From Burkholderiales bacterium (GTDB lineage Bacteria; Pseudomonadota; Gammaproteobacteria; Burkholderiales; SG8-39): a DNA stretch of 64,000 nucleotides. The translations under genes and the position numbers were made by a program. How positions within the stretch are numbered: position 1 is the stretch's first letter; every line of letters begins with the position of its first letter. Shown here piece after piece: positions 27,191 through 37,385 of the stretch. The notes under the pieces are model-generated. The model searched no databases. It saw only the letters and a list, made by a program, of their open reading frames with translations, and was not told where the DNA came from. The stretch covers positions 142,044 to 206,043 of the forward strand of contig CBDIHI010000011.1 in assembly GCA_965279075.1 (NCBI GenBank), given 5' to 3'.

Positions 27191-27637
27191 TCAGCCGGTG
27201 GGCGTACGGTCCTGATCGCCGTTCCGGAGGGCGGTCGCGACCGCGTCCCGGACGGTTTCGCGCACGCTGGCCGCCAGGTCCACGCGCAGGCCGTCCACCG
27301 CCTGCTCGAGCACGTCCGAAATGGCGCGCCCGAGGCGCTGCTCGAGGGCGCGGTCGAGTTCCGCGATGACTTTCTCCATGACGGCCTGCTCGATCTGCCC
27401 GGCGAGCACCGCGGGCGGTTCCCCGGCGCCCTGTGGTTCGACCACTTCGGTGAGCACGGGGATGTCGTCATCGGTGGCCGCGGATTCCACCTCGACAGGC
27501 GCGGCTACGACCTCGGCAGGCGCGTGCGTGGCGGCCCTCTCGACGGCGCTCATCGGCAGCGTGACGTCCGGTCCCTGCTGCTGGTGCCTTTTGAGCAACG
27601 CGTCGACCCTTTGCACCAGGGGATTGAATTCGCTCAA
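27191..27637 (-). CDS. hypothetical acidic protein
   Basis: 148 aa, Asp/Glu/Ala/Val-rich. The TTG start overlaps the holC stop (TTGA). I recognise no motif. Confidence 0.45.
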   Translation of the reverse strand: MSEFNPLVQRVDALLKRHQQQGPDVTLPMSAVERAATHAPAEVVAAPVEVESAATDDDIPVLTEVVEPQGAGEPPAVLAGQIEQAVMEKVIAELDRALEQRLGRAISDVLEQAVDGLRVDLAASVRETVRDAVATALRNGDQDRTPTG

Positions 27638-28065
27638 CCCGCCCCCCGGCCCGCAAGGTCGTGATTGCCGATCGGGTAGCCGCGCTCCTTGTAGAACTTG
27701 TAGCGGCCGCGGCCGCGGCTGCGCTCCTCGTCTCCGGTACCCACGATCTCAAGCAGGCGCGGGTAGCGCTCGAAGAACGGCGGGTAGTCGTCACCGAGGT
27801 TCAGCAGCACGTCGCATTCCGGCGGGTCGGAGGCCTGTGTGGTGATCAGCACGGGCGTGCTGGCGGCCAGCGGGTCGTGTGCCTGGCAATGCGGGATGAA
27901 GGACAGCGGCTGCCAGGTCCAGAGCATGTTGTCTATCCTGCGGGCACTTTCCGCCGCGGGTACGTAGATCAGCAGCTTCTTCTTCTGCGCGCACGCCTTG
28001 CCGGCCAGCCGGCAGGCGACCTCGAAGCGGTCGTCGGCGTTGAAGTAGAAGTCGATCGTGGTCAT
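27634..28065 (-). CDS. holC: DNA polymerase III subunit chi
   Basis: 143 aa. MTTIDFYFN...KKLLIYVP...RIDNMLWTW...FIPH is typical HolC. The classical pepA-holC-valS gene order is present. Confidence 0.85.
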   Translation of the reverse strand: MTTIDFYFNADDRFEVACRLAGKACAQKKKLLIYVPAAESARRIDNMLWTWQPLSFIPHCQAHDPLAASTPVLITTQASDPPECDVLLNLGDDYPPFFERYPRLLEIVGTGDEERSRGRGRYKFYKERGYPIGNHDLAGRGAG

Positions 28066-28075
28066 GCGAAGCGGG

Positions 28076-29569
28076 TCATTTCACGCCGGCATGCCGCAGC
28101 GCGAAGCGCGTAAGCAGCGGCACGGGTCTGCCGGTGGAGCCCTTTTCCCTTCCGCTCTTCCACGCGGTGCCGGCGACGTCGAGGTGCGCCCAGCGCAGTC
28201 CCTTCGCAAAGCGCGACAGGTAGCAGGCCGCAGTGATGCTTCCCGCGGGACGGCCGCCGATGTTTGCCATGTCGGCGAAGTTCGAGCGCAGCTGCTCCTG
28301 GTAGTCCTCCCACAGCGGCATCGGCCAGACACGGTCCCAGGCGTCGTCGCCGGCCGCGCCGATCTCGCCGGAGAGCGTCGCGTCGTTGGCGAAGAGGCCG
28401 CTTGCGACGTGGCCGAGCGCGATGACGCAGGCGCCCGTGAGGGTCGCGATGTCGATCACCACGTCCGGGTCGAAGCGCTCGGCGTAGGTGAGCGCGTCGC
28501 ACAGGATCAGGCGGCCTTCGGCGTCGGTGTTGAGGATCTCGACCGTCTGTCCGGACATCGTCGTGACCACATCCCCCGGGCGCGTGGCGTTGCCGTCGGG
28601 CATGTTCTCGCAGGTCGGGATCAGCGCGATCGCATTGAGCGGTGCGCGCATGCCCGCCAGCGCGCGCATGGTGCCGAGCACGCTGCCCGCGCCGGACATG
28701 TCGAACTTCATCTCGTCCATTTCGGCGCCGGGCTTGAGGGAGATGCCGCCGGTGTCGAAGGTGATCCCCTTGCCGACATAGACGATGGGTTTCTGCTTTT
28801 TCGGGCCGCCCATGTACTTCAGGACGATCAGCTTGGGCGGCAGGCGCGAGCCGCGGGAGACGGCGAGCAGGGCGCCCATGCCGAGCTTTTCCATGTCGCG
28901 TTGCTCGAGCACCTTGCAGTCGAGCTTGAACTCGCGGGCAAGTTTCTTCGCCTCCTCGGCAAGGTAGGCCGGCGTGCACAGGTTGGGCGGCATGTTGCCC
29001 AGTGTTTTCGCGAAGTCGATGCCGTCAGCCGTGGCGACCGCCTCTTTCAGTGCGGCTTCGGCCTGCATCGTGACCGGCGCGCCGACCACGGCGAGCGTGA
29101 CCGATGCGAGCGCAGCGGCGGGGGCTTTCTTCTGCGTCTTCAGTTTGTCGAACCGGTAGAACACGTCGCGGATCCCCGTCACGGCGTGCCGCACGTTCCA
29201 CGGCAGCCCGTGTCGCCCGACCTTCAGGTCCGCGATCGCCAGGGTCGCGTCCTTCGCGCCGAGCGTACGCAGGGCGCCGGCGGTTGCGCGGATCGCCTCG
29301 CGAAAGGCCGCCTCGCCGAATTCCTTCGGGTCGCCCAGGCCCACCAGCAGCACGCGATCCGCGGCCACACCGGGCACCGCGTGCAGCAGGAGGGTCGTGC
29401 CGCCGCGGCCCGGGAGGTCGCCGTGCTTCAGGACCCGGGCCAGGTGCCCGCCGCTGGCCTTGTCGGCCGCCTGCGCGGTGCGCGTGAGCGTTGCGCCCTG
29501 CCAGACACCGAGCACGAGGCATCCGGCTTTTTTCTTCTCGGGGCTGAGGGCTTTTATGCTAAATTCCAT
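28076..29569 (-). CDS. pepA: leucyl aminopeptidase (M17)
   Basis: 497 aa from MEFSIKALSP, with the M17 signature NTDAEGRLILCDAL. Confidence 0.9.
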   Translation of the reverse strand: MEFSIKALSPEKKKAGCLVLGVWQGATLTRTAQAADKASGGHLARVLKHGDLPGRGGTTLLLHAVPGVAADRVLLVGLGDPKEFGEAAFREAIRATAGALRTLGAKDATLAIADLKVGRHGLPWNVRHAVTGIRDVFYRFDKLKTQKKAPAAALASVTLAVVGAPVTMQAEAALKEAVATADGIDFAKTLGNMPPNLCTPAYLAEEAKKLAREFKLDCKVLEQRDMEKLGMGALLAVSRGSRLPPKLIVLKYMGGPKKQKPIVYVGKGITFDTGGISLKPGAEMDEMKFDMSGAGSVLGTMRALAGMRAPLNAIALIPTCENMPDGNATRPGDVVTTMSGQTVEILNTDAEGRLILCDALTYAERFDPDVVIDIATLTGACVIALGHVASGLFANDATLSGEIGAAGDDAWDRVWPMPLWEDYQEQLRSNFADMANIGGRPAGSITAACYLSRFAKGLRWAHLDVAGTAWKSGREKGSTGRPVPLLTRFALRHAGVK

Positions 29570-29672
29570 CGCAGATTCCTTGTGCTGGTCAGCGCCAATC
29601 TTCGCACGATTTGCGCCGCGCCGGATACACGTGGCGAAGCCCCGCGCACCGACACAGCGCACTCTCGAACCC

Positions 29673-30743
29673 ATGATCTTCCACCGCGCGCTGCTCAAGG
29701 AATTCGCCAACCTCGCCGGCGCGGTCTTCATGACGCTGTTCCTGATCGCGCTCACGGTGCGCCTGATCCGCCTTCTCGGGCAGGCGGCCGGCGGCAAGCT
29801 CCCGTCCGACGCGGTCGTCGCCTTTCTCGGGTTCTTCACCCTCAACGCGCTGCCGATCCTGCTGTCGCTCACGCTGTTCATCACCATCCTGCTCACGCTG
29901 ACGCGCAGCTACCGCGACTCGGAAATGGTGATCTGGTTCAACTCAGGGTTGTCGGTCGCCTCCTGGGTGAAGCCGGTGCTGATGTTCGCCGCACCCCTGG
30001 TCGCGGTGATCGCGACCCTCTCGGTGTTCATCTCGCCCTGGGCGGTGCAGAAGAGCGAGGAGTTTCGCGTGAAGATCGACAGCCGTGATGAGGTGTCGCG
30101 CGTCACGCCGGGGGCGTTCGGCGAGTCGACCAGCAAGGATCGCGTGTTCTTCGTCGAGTCCATCTCGGGCGACTCGTTGACGGTGCAGAACGTGTTCGTC
30201 AACTCGGTCCAGCAGAGCAAGTCGGGCATCATGATGAGCAAGAAGGGCTTCGTCGAGGTCTCCCCGGTGGGCGACCGGTTCCTCGTGCTCCTCGACGGTC
30301 GCCGCTATGAGGGCATCCCCGGCGAGCCCGAGTTCAAGGTGATGGAATTCGAGCGCTACGCGACGCGCATCGAGGCCAGGGAAGGCGAGGCGCCGCTCGT
30401 CACGCAGAAAAGCCTGTCCACGCTGGCGCTGATCGAGTCCCCGACCAACACCAACCTCGGGGAACTGGTCTGGCGCCTCGGCGTGCCCCTGTCGGCGCTG
30501 ATCCTCGCGCTGCTCGCGATCCCGATGAGCTTCGTCAACCCGCGCGCCGGCCGGTCGGTGAACCTGCTCCTCGCGCTGCTGACCTACATGGTGTACTCGA
30601 ACGTGCTCTCGCTCAGCCAGGCCCGTGTGGTGCAGGGCAAGCTCTCGTTCGGCGTGGGGATCTGGCTGGTGCACGGGGTCATGGTGGCCGTGCTGCTGGT
30701 GCTGTTCGCGCGGCGCATGGGATACCTGAGGCTGCGACGGTGA
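29673..30743 (+). CDS. lptF: LPS export ABC transporter permease LptF
   Basis: 356 aa from MIFHRALLKEF. YjgP/YjgQ permease architecture. Divergent from pepA and followed by lptG, as in many proteobacteria. Confidence 0.85.
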   Translation: MIFHRALLKEFANLAGAVFMTLFLIALTVRLIRLLGQAAGGKLPSDAVVAFLGFFTLNALPILLSLTLFITILLTLTRSYRDSEMVIWFNSGLSVASWVKPVLMFAAPLVAVIATLSVFISPWAVQKSEEFRVKIDSRDEVSRVTPGAFGESTSKDRVFFVESISGDSLTVQNVFVNSVQQSKSGIMMSKKGFVEVSPVGDRFLVLLDGRRYEGIPGEPEFKVMEFERYATRIEAREGEAPLVTQKSLSTLALIESPTNTNLGELVWRLGVPLSALILALLAIPMSFVNPRAGRSVNLLLALLTYMVYSNVLSLSQARVVQGKLSFGVGIWLVHGVMVAVLLVLFARRMGYLRLRR

Positions 30744-31834
30744 CGAAGGCCGCCACCGGCATCCGGACGATCGAGCGCTACCTCGCGAGCCAGGTCCACG
30801 CCGCCGTCGCGTTCGTGCTCGCGGGTTTCCTCGCGCTGTTCGCCTTCTTCGACCTGGTGAACGAGCTGGGCGACCTCGGCGTCGGGGCCTACAACCTGCG
30901 CGAGATCCTGACCTACGTGGCGTTGTCCGTGCCGGCGCACGCCTATGAGCTCTTCCCGGTGGTGGTGCTGATCGGCACGCTGTACGTGCTTGCGCACCTG
31001 GCGAGCAATTCGGAGTACACGGTCATGCGGGCGGCGGGCCTTTCCCCGGGCAACGCGGGCTGGGTGCTGGCCAAGATCGGGCTGGTGTTCGTCGCGGCCA
31101 CCTTCGTGCTGGGGGAGTGGGTCACGCCCTACGCGGAAGAGGCGGCGCAGACGCTGAAGCTGCGCGCAAAGAGCTCGCTCATCGGGCAGGAAATGAAGTC
31201 CGGCCTGTGGTTCAAGGACGAGTTGTCGTTCATCAACGTGCGCGAAGCCCGCCAGGACACCGCGATCACTGGCGTGCGGATCTACGAATTCGACACGGCC
31301 TACAAGCTGGTGCTGGCGCGGTCCGCCGAACGGGGCGAATACCGTGGCGGCGGCGTGTGGAGGCTCCACAACGTGGCGCAGACGCGGATCACGCCGGACG
31401 GCCCGAAGATGGAGAAGATGGGCGAGGTCGACTGGAGTTCGGCGCTGACCCCGGACCTCCTCAACGTGCTGATCGTCGCGCCGGAGCGCATGTCGGCCTG
31501 GCGACTCTACAAATACACCCAGCACCTCGCCGGCAACCGCCAGAAGACCGAGCGCTACGAGATCGCGATGTGGAAGAAGCTCGTCTACCCGATCGCGACG
31601 CTGGTGATGATGGCGCTCGCGCTCCCCTTCGCCTACATGCATGCCCGCGCGGGGTTGGTGGGCGTGAAGGTGTTCCTGGGGATCATGCTCGGCATCGTAT
31701 TCCACATGCTGAACAGCCTGTTCTCGCACATCGGCCTGCTGCAGAACTGGACGCCGCTGATGTCCGCCGTGCTGCCGAGTCTCGCTTTCCTTGCTGCGGC
31801 GCTCGCGATGATGTGGTGGGTGGAGCGAAGGTGA
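30740..31834 (+). CDS. lptG: LPS export ABC transporter permease LptG
   Basis: 364 aa. IERYLASQV... start, YjgP/YjgQ family. 4-nt overlap with the lptF stop. Confidence 0.85.
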   Translation: MTKAATGIRTIERYLASQVHAAVAFVLAGFLALFAFFDLVNELGDLGVGAYNLREILTYVALSVPAHAYELFPVVVLIGTLYVLAHLASNSEYTVMRAAGLSPGNAGWVLAKIGLVFVAATFVLGEWVTPYAEEAAQTLKLRAKSSLIGQEMKSGLWFKDELSFINVREARQDTAITGVRIYEFDTAYKLVLARSAERGEYRGGGVWRLHNVAQTRITPDGPKMEKMGEVDWSSALTPDLLNVLIVAPERMSAWRLYKYTQHLAGNRQKTERYEIAMWKKLVYPIATLVMMALALPFAYMHARAGLVGVKVFLGIMLGIVFHMLNSLFSHIGLLQNWTPLMSAVLPSLAFLAAALAMMWWVERR

Positions 31835-32338
31835 CTATCCTTCCCTGACGAGCACGAGCCGGGTGCCGGCGAGGCGGTCGTGCAGGAACTGGCGGTCCCG
31901 GTCGACCAGCGCCCAGCCCAGGCCGATGCCGGAAAAGGCAAGCGTCGCAAAGGCGATCCAAGGGTTGCGGTGGATGAAGGCACCGACGATCGCCCCGCAG
32001 AATGCGCCGACAAAAAGGCCCGCGAGCACGAGGCGCTTCAGCGCAGTCAGCGGCGGGACCCGCAAGGCTCCCGGCACCACCAGGCGGATGCCCCAAGCTT
32101 TCATGGCGAGCGTCTGGCCGCCGCGCAGCCAGCACCACATGAAATACGCTGCGAACACCGCCGCGAGGTAGGCCTGCAGCGCCGTACGCTGCCACCCCGT
32201 GACGACCGCCCCGCCTGCGGCGAACTGGAACAGCCAGGTGGCGATGAACGCCACCGCGAACAGGAGCGTGCCCTCATAGGTCAGGCAGAGGATGCGGCGC
32301 CCGATCCCCGGGGCGACACCCGCAGGGGGCGCATTCAC
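31835..32338 (-). CDS. RDD-family membrane protein
   Basis: 167 aa with 3-4 TM segments and a C-terminal DRDRQFLHDRLAGTRLV, characteristic of RDD domains. Confidence 0.65.
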   Translation of the reverse strand: MNAPPAGVAPGIGRRILCLTYEGTLLFAVAFIATWLFQFAAGGAVVTGWQRTALQAYLAAVFAAYFMWCWLRGGQTLAMKAWGIRLVVPGALRVPPLTALKRLVLAGLFVGAFCGAIVGAFIHRNPWIAFATLAFSGIGLGWALVDRDRQFLHDRLAGTRLVLVREG

Positions 32339-32345
32339 GACGGGA

Positions 32346-32912
32346 TCAGTTGGCAGAAGTGGGGATGACGGAGGAAGGCGCCGGGTCGGGGGCTGCGGGC
32401 GGCTTCTTGTTCTGCGCAGTCCGGGTCCTCGAGCGCGGCTCGATCTTCTCGGCCTTCTTCTTCCTGGTCTCGGCGGCGAGGTTCTTCTTCACCTCCGGCG
32501 GCAACTGCTGGTACTCCTCCCATTGCTGGCTGACGACCTCGCGCTTGGCGGGCGGGAGCTTGCCGATCTTGCGGTACTGCTCGCGGGCGTCGCGGCGCTG
32601 GTCGGGCGTGAGCTTCACCCAGGCGGTCATGCGGTCCTGTACGCGCTTTTGCTCGGTCGGGGTCATGCCCGGATAGCGCTTGGCGATGCCCAGCCACTTC
32701 GTGCGCCGGCTGGCGTCGAGCGAGTCCCATTCCCCGGAGAGGGGCTTAAGGGTCTGCTGCTGTTCGGGGGTGAGCTCGGACCAGTTCGGGTTCTTCTTGG
32801 CCGGTGCGGCCGCGAACGAGGCGCAGCAGAAAAGCAGGGCGAACAGGGCCAGCGCAAGCCGCCTCAGCCCGGCGTCCGGCGCGCTCAGAGCGGGGAGCGC
32901 TTTTTCAGCCAC
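32346..32912 (-). CDS. DUF3106-like secreted repeat protein
   Basis: Has a signal-like N-terminus and four W-x(2-10)-(L/M)(T/P)P-(E/D/T)-Q/V repeats: WSELTPEQQ, YPGMTPTEQ, WVKLTPDQR and WEEYQQLPPEV. The start is uncertain because it overlaps the upstream ORF. Confidence 0.55.
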   Translation of the reverse strand: MAEKALPALSAPDAGLRRLALALFALLFCCASFAAAPAKKNPNWSELTPEQQQTLKPLSGEWDSLDASRRTKWLGIAKRYPGMTPTEQKRVQDRMTAWVKLTPDQRRDAREQYRKIGKLPPAKREVVSQQWEEYQQLPPEVKKNLAAETRKKKAEKIEPRSRTRTAQNKKPPAAPDPAPSSVIPTSAN

Positions 32913-33265
32913 GCTTCGAACCCCTTGTCCAGGTAGGCATCCAGAGGCAGTTCGTCGGTGAGCAGCAACGCGTCGATTTCCTCGACTTCGGCAACGCGCA
33001 GGTTCTGCTGCCAGCCGTTGATCGAAAGCAGGCCGCCGACCAGTACGGCCAGCGGAAGGAGCAGGCGCAGGGACAGGCCGGTGAAACCGCCGAAGCTGCC
33101 GAGGATGCCGCCGGCCCAGGCCAGGCTCGACTCCGGCCTGGCGGCCAGCTGCCTCTCCAGCGCAATTTCCCTGGCCGCGCGCAGGCGGGCGATCGCCTTC
33201 TGGTCGATCGCAGTCCCCTCGTTGAGGAGTTGCCGGACCTTGTTACCAAATTGCGGCTCGTTCAT
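32885..33265 (-). CDS. DUF3619-like single-pass membrane protein (candidate anti-sigma factor)
   Basis: 126 aa with one TM segment (GLSLRLLLPLAVLVGGLL). Lies immediately downstream of an ECF sigma gene. Confidence 0.5.
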   Translation of the reverse strand: MNEPQFGNKVRQLLNEGTAIDQKAIARLRAAREIALERQLAARPESSLAWAGGILGSFGGFTGLSLRLLLPLAVLVGGLLSINGWQQNLRVAEVEEIDALLLTDELPLDAYLDKGFEAWLKKRSPL

Positions 33266-33290
33266 GGTCGTTCCAGTATCGCCAATGACT

Positions 33291-33890
33291 TCAAAGAGTT
33301 ATGCCTTTCTTACGCAACGCGGCCGCCAAAGCATGAGTAGCCCGCGAGCAATGCGTTTTCACGCTTCCCTCCGAGCAACCCATCAATGTGGCGGTGTCCG
33401 CGACGTCCAGTTCCTCCCAGTAACGCATCAGGAAGGCCTCGCGTTGACGCCCTGGGAGTTTCGATACCTCATGTTCAATGATTTCAATAAGTTGCTTTCT
33501 TTCGAGCTGTTCGGCAGGGGGCTGCTCGTTCTCGGACCGCGGTTCGACCCTTAAAGTTTCCAGCGGATCGTAATCGTCTTCCTCACCGTCGCGCCCGGTG
33601 CCGAGCGAGCCGAGCAGCACACCCCACAGGGAGCGCACCTTCTGGCGACGGTAGTAGTCGCGGATGGTGTTCTGCAGGATGCGCTGGAAAAGCAGGGGCA
33701 GTTCCGAGGCGGGCTTGTCCCCGTACTTCTCGGCCAGCTTCAGCATGGCGTCCTGGACGATGTCCAGAGCGGCTTCGTCGTTGCGGACCGCGAAAACGGC
33801 CTGCTTGAAGGCCCGCCTTTCCACGCCCGCAAGAAAGGCCGAAAGTTCACTGGGTGAGGCCAGGGGATCCCCTCTCGATTGCCCGGCCAT
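33291..33890 (-). CDS. ECF (sigma-70 family group 4) RNA polymerase sigma factor
   Basis: 199 aa from MAGQSRGD. Region 2 (DIVQDAMLKLAEKY...RILQNTIRDYYRR) and region 4 HTH (LDVADTATLMGCSEGSVKTHCSRA). Confidence 0.85.
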   Translation of the reverse strand: MAGQSRGDPLASPSELSAFLAGVERRAFKQAVFAVRNDEAALDIVQDAMLKLAEKYGDKPASELPLLFQRILQNTIRDYYRRQKVRSLWGVLLGSLGTGRDGEEDDYDPLETLRVEPRSENEQPPAEQLERKQLIEIIEHEVSKLPGRQREAFLMRYWEELDVADTATLMGCSEGSVKTHCSRATHALAAALRKKGITL

Positions 33891-34017
33891 GCCGCCGTCC
33901 GGGATTCGCGGGGATGGTACCAAATGCGCAGGGCCGCCGCTTAGTGCTGCTGCGCGCCTTGACCGCAACGCAACATCTGGTTAACGTTCAAGGTTTTCCG
34001 TAACTTACCCAAAGCCC

Positions 34018-35742
34018 ATGGACAGAATCAAAGGCGTGGAGCTCACCGGCGCAGAGATCGTCGTGCGCTGCCTTCAGGAAGAGGGCGTCGAGCACGTGTT
34101 CGGCTACCCCGGCGGGGCGGTGCTGTACATCTACGACGAGCTCTTCAAGCAGGACAAGGTGAAGCACGTGCTCGTGCGCCATGAGCAGGGCGCCGCGCAC
34201 GCTGCGGACGGGTATTCGCGCGCGAGCAACAAGGTGGGCGTCTGCCTGGTCACTTCCGGTCCCGGGCTGACCAATGCCGTTACCGGAATCGCGACGGCGT
34301 ACATGGACTCGATCCCGATGGTGATTCTGGTCGGCCAGGTGCCGACCCACGCGATCGGCCTGGACGCGTTCCAGGAAGTCGACACGGTCGGCATCACGCG
34401 GCCCTGCGTGAAGCACAACTTCCTCGTGAAGGACGTGGCCGAGCTCGCCCCGACGATCAAGAAGGCCTTCTACCTCGCCACGACCGGCCGGCCCGGCCCG
34501 GTGCTGGTCGACATCCCGAAGGACATCACCACGCTGTCCACCGAGTTCCTGTACCCGGAAACGGTCTCGATGCGGTCCTACAACCCGGTGATCAAGGGTC
34601 ACAGCGGGCAGATCAAGAAGGCCGTGCAGCTATTGCTCGAGGCCGAGCGCCCGATGCTCTATACGGGCGGCGGGGTGGTGCTCTCGAACGCTTCGGCCCA
34701 GCTCACCGAGCTCACCCGCCTGCTGGGTTACCCGGTGACCAATACGCTGATGGGCCTGGGCGCCTATCCGGCCACCGACCGCCAGTTCCTCGGCATGCCC
34801 GGCATGCACGGCACGTACGAGGCGAACATGGCGATGCAGAACTGCGATGTCCTGCTTGCCGTGGGCGCGAGGTTCGATGACCGAGTGATCGGCAACCCGG
34901 CGGACTTCGCCAAGAACCCGCGCAAGATCATCCATATCGACATCGACCCCTCGTCGATCTCAAAGCGGGTGAAGGTCGATGTCCCCATCGTGGGCAACGT
35001 GCCGGAAGTGCTCGACGAGTTCCTGCGCCTGGTCAAGGCGGGCACCCAGCGCCCCGACGGCGCCAGGCTTGCCGCCTGGTGGAAGACGATCGAGGAGTGG
35101 CGCAGCCGCGACTGCCTCAAGTTCGACCGCGCCTCGGAGATCATCAAGCCGCAGTACGTGGTCGAGAAGCTCTACGAGATCACCGGCGGCGATGCGTTCA
35201 TCACCTCGGACGTCGGCCAGCACCAGATGTGGGCGGCGCAGTTCTACAAGTTCGACAAGCCGCGCCGCTGGATCAACTCGGGCGGCCTCGGCACGATGGG
35301 CTTCGGCCTGCCCGCTGCGATGGGTGCGCAGATGGCCAACCCGGGGGCGACGGTGGCCTGCGTCACCGGCGAGTCCTCGATCCAGATGTGCCTCCAGGAG
35401 CTCTCGACCTGCAAGCAGTACCGCCTGCCGATCAAGATCGTCAGCCTGAACAACAAGTACATGGGCATGGTGCGCCAGTGGCAGGAGTTCTTCCACGGCA
35501 ACCGCTACTCGGAGTCCTACATGGACGCCCTGCCGGACTTCGTGAAGCTGGCCGAGGGCTACGGCCACCGCGGCGTGCAGATCACCAAGCCCGCCGACGT
35601 CGAGCCCGCGTTGCGCGATGCATTCAAGCGGAAGAACGAACTGGTGTTCCTCGACTTCCTCACCGACCAGACCGAAAACGTGTTCCCGATGATCCCCGGC
35701 GGCAAGGGTTTCTCGGACATGATCCTCTCCGAAGACCTCTGA
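34018..35742 (+). CDS. ilvB: acetolactate synthase large (catalytic) subunit
   Basis: 574 aa. N-terminal GVEHVFGYPGGAVL and ThDP motif GGLGTMGFGLPAAMGA...N. Followed by the small subunit gene and ilvC. Confidence 0.95.
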   Translation: MDRIKGVELTGAEIVVRCLQEEGVEHVFGYPGGAVLYIYDELFKQDKVKHVLVRHEQGAAHAADGYSRASNKVGVCLVTSGPGLTNAVTGIATAYMDSIPMVILVGQVPTHAIGLDAFQEVDTVGITRPCVKHNFLVKDVAELAPTIKKAFYLATTGRPGPVLVDIPKDITTLSTEFLYPETVSMRSYNPVIKGHSGQIKKAVQLLLEAERPMLYTGGGVVLSNASAQLTELTRLLGYPVTNTLMGLGAYPATDRQFLGMPGMHGTYEANMAMQNCDVLLAVGARFDDRVIGNPADFAKNPRKIIHIDIDPSSISKRVKVDVPIVGNVPEVLDEFLRLVKAGTQRPDGARLAAWWKTIEEWRSRDCLKFDRASEIIKPQYVVEKLYEITGGDAFITSDVGQHQMWAAQFYKFDKPRRWINSGGLGTMGFGLPAAMGAQMANPGATVACVTGESSIQMCLQELSTCKQYRLPIKIVSLNNKYMGMVRQWQEFFHGNRYSESYMDALPDFVKLAEGYGHRGVQITKPADVEPALRDAFKRKNELVFLDFLTDQTENVFPMIPGGKGFSDMILSEDL

Positions 35743-36233
35743 TGCGACACATCATCTCGGTGCTCCTCGAGAACGAGGCCGGCGCGCTGTCCCGCGTCTC
35801 CGGCCTGTTTTCGGCCCGCGCCTACAACATCGAATCGCTGACCGTCGCGCCCACCGAGGACGCCTCGATGTCGCGGATGACGATCGTCACCAATGGCTCG
35901 GAGGACGTGGTCGAGCAGATCACCAAGCAGCTGAACAAGCTGGTCGAGGTGGTCAAGGTGGTCGACCTGTCCGAGGCCGAGCACATCGAGCGCGAGCTCA
36001 TGCTGATCAAGGTGCGCGCGGGCGCCAAGGAGCGCGAGGACATGAAGCGCATGGCGGACATCTTCCGCGGCCGCATCATCGACGTCTCGGACAACACCTA
36101 CACCATCGAACTCACCGGCGCGGGCCACAAGCTCGACGCCTTCATCCAGGCGCTCGACGCGAGCGCCATCATCGAGACCGTCCGCACCGGCGCCTCGGGC
36201 ATCGGCCGCGGCAGCAGGATCCTGCGGGCCTGA
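35742..36233 (+). CDS. ilvH: acetolactate synthase small (regulatory) subunit (IlvH/IlvN)
   Basis: 163 aa. ACT domain MRHIISVLLENEAGALSRVSGLFSARAYNIESL. The ATG overlaps the large-subunit stop. Confidence 0.95.
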   Translation: MRHIISVLLENEAGALSRVSGLFSARAYNIESLTVAPTEDASMSRMTIVTNGSEDVVEQITKQLNKLVEVVKVVDLSEAEHIERELMLIKVRAGAKEREDMKRMADIFRGRIIDVSDNTYTIELTGAGHKLDAFIQALDASAIIETVRTGASGIGRGSRILRA

Positions 36234-36242
36234 GCTGCGAAT

Positions 36243-36323
36243 AAATGGGGTCAGAGTCGCTTTTTCGCTCATAGCGTGCACGCGGTCGCACGAGCACATT
36301 AAAAAGCGCCTCTGACCCCATTT
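36243..36323. repeat. long imperfect inverted repeat (23-nt arms, 22/23 complementary, 35-nt spacer) between ilvH and ilvC
   Basis: Left arm AAATGGGGTCAGAGTCGCTTTTT (36243-36265). Right arm AAAAAGCGCCTCTGACCCCATTT (36301-36323). Confidence 0.8.
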
Positions 36324-36337
36324 TCAACATTCACTGA

Positions 36338-37369
<1,032 letters not shown>

Positions 37370-37385
37370 CCCGGGGCGCGCCAGA

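Noticed and set aside
33944-34003. Possible ilvB leader peptide (GTG-initiated 19-codon ORF, VLLRALTATQHLVNVQGFP)
   Set aside because: It is only modestly enriched in Leu/Val and has no Ile. It has a non-ATG start without a ribosome-binding site, and no terminator-like hairpin lies between it and ilvB. The region is more simply the divergent promoter shared with the ECF sigma gene.
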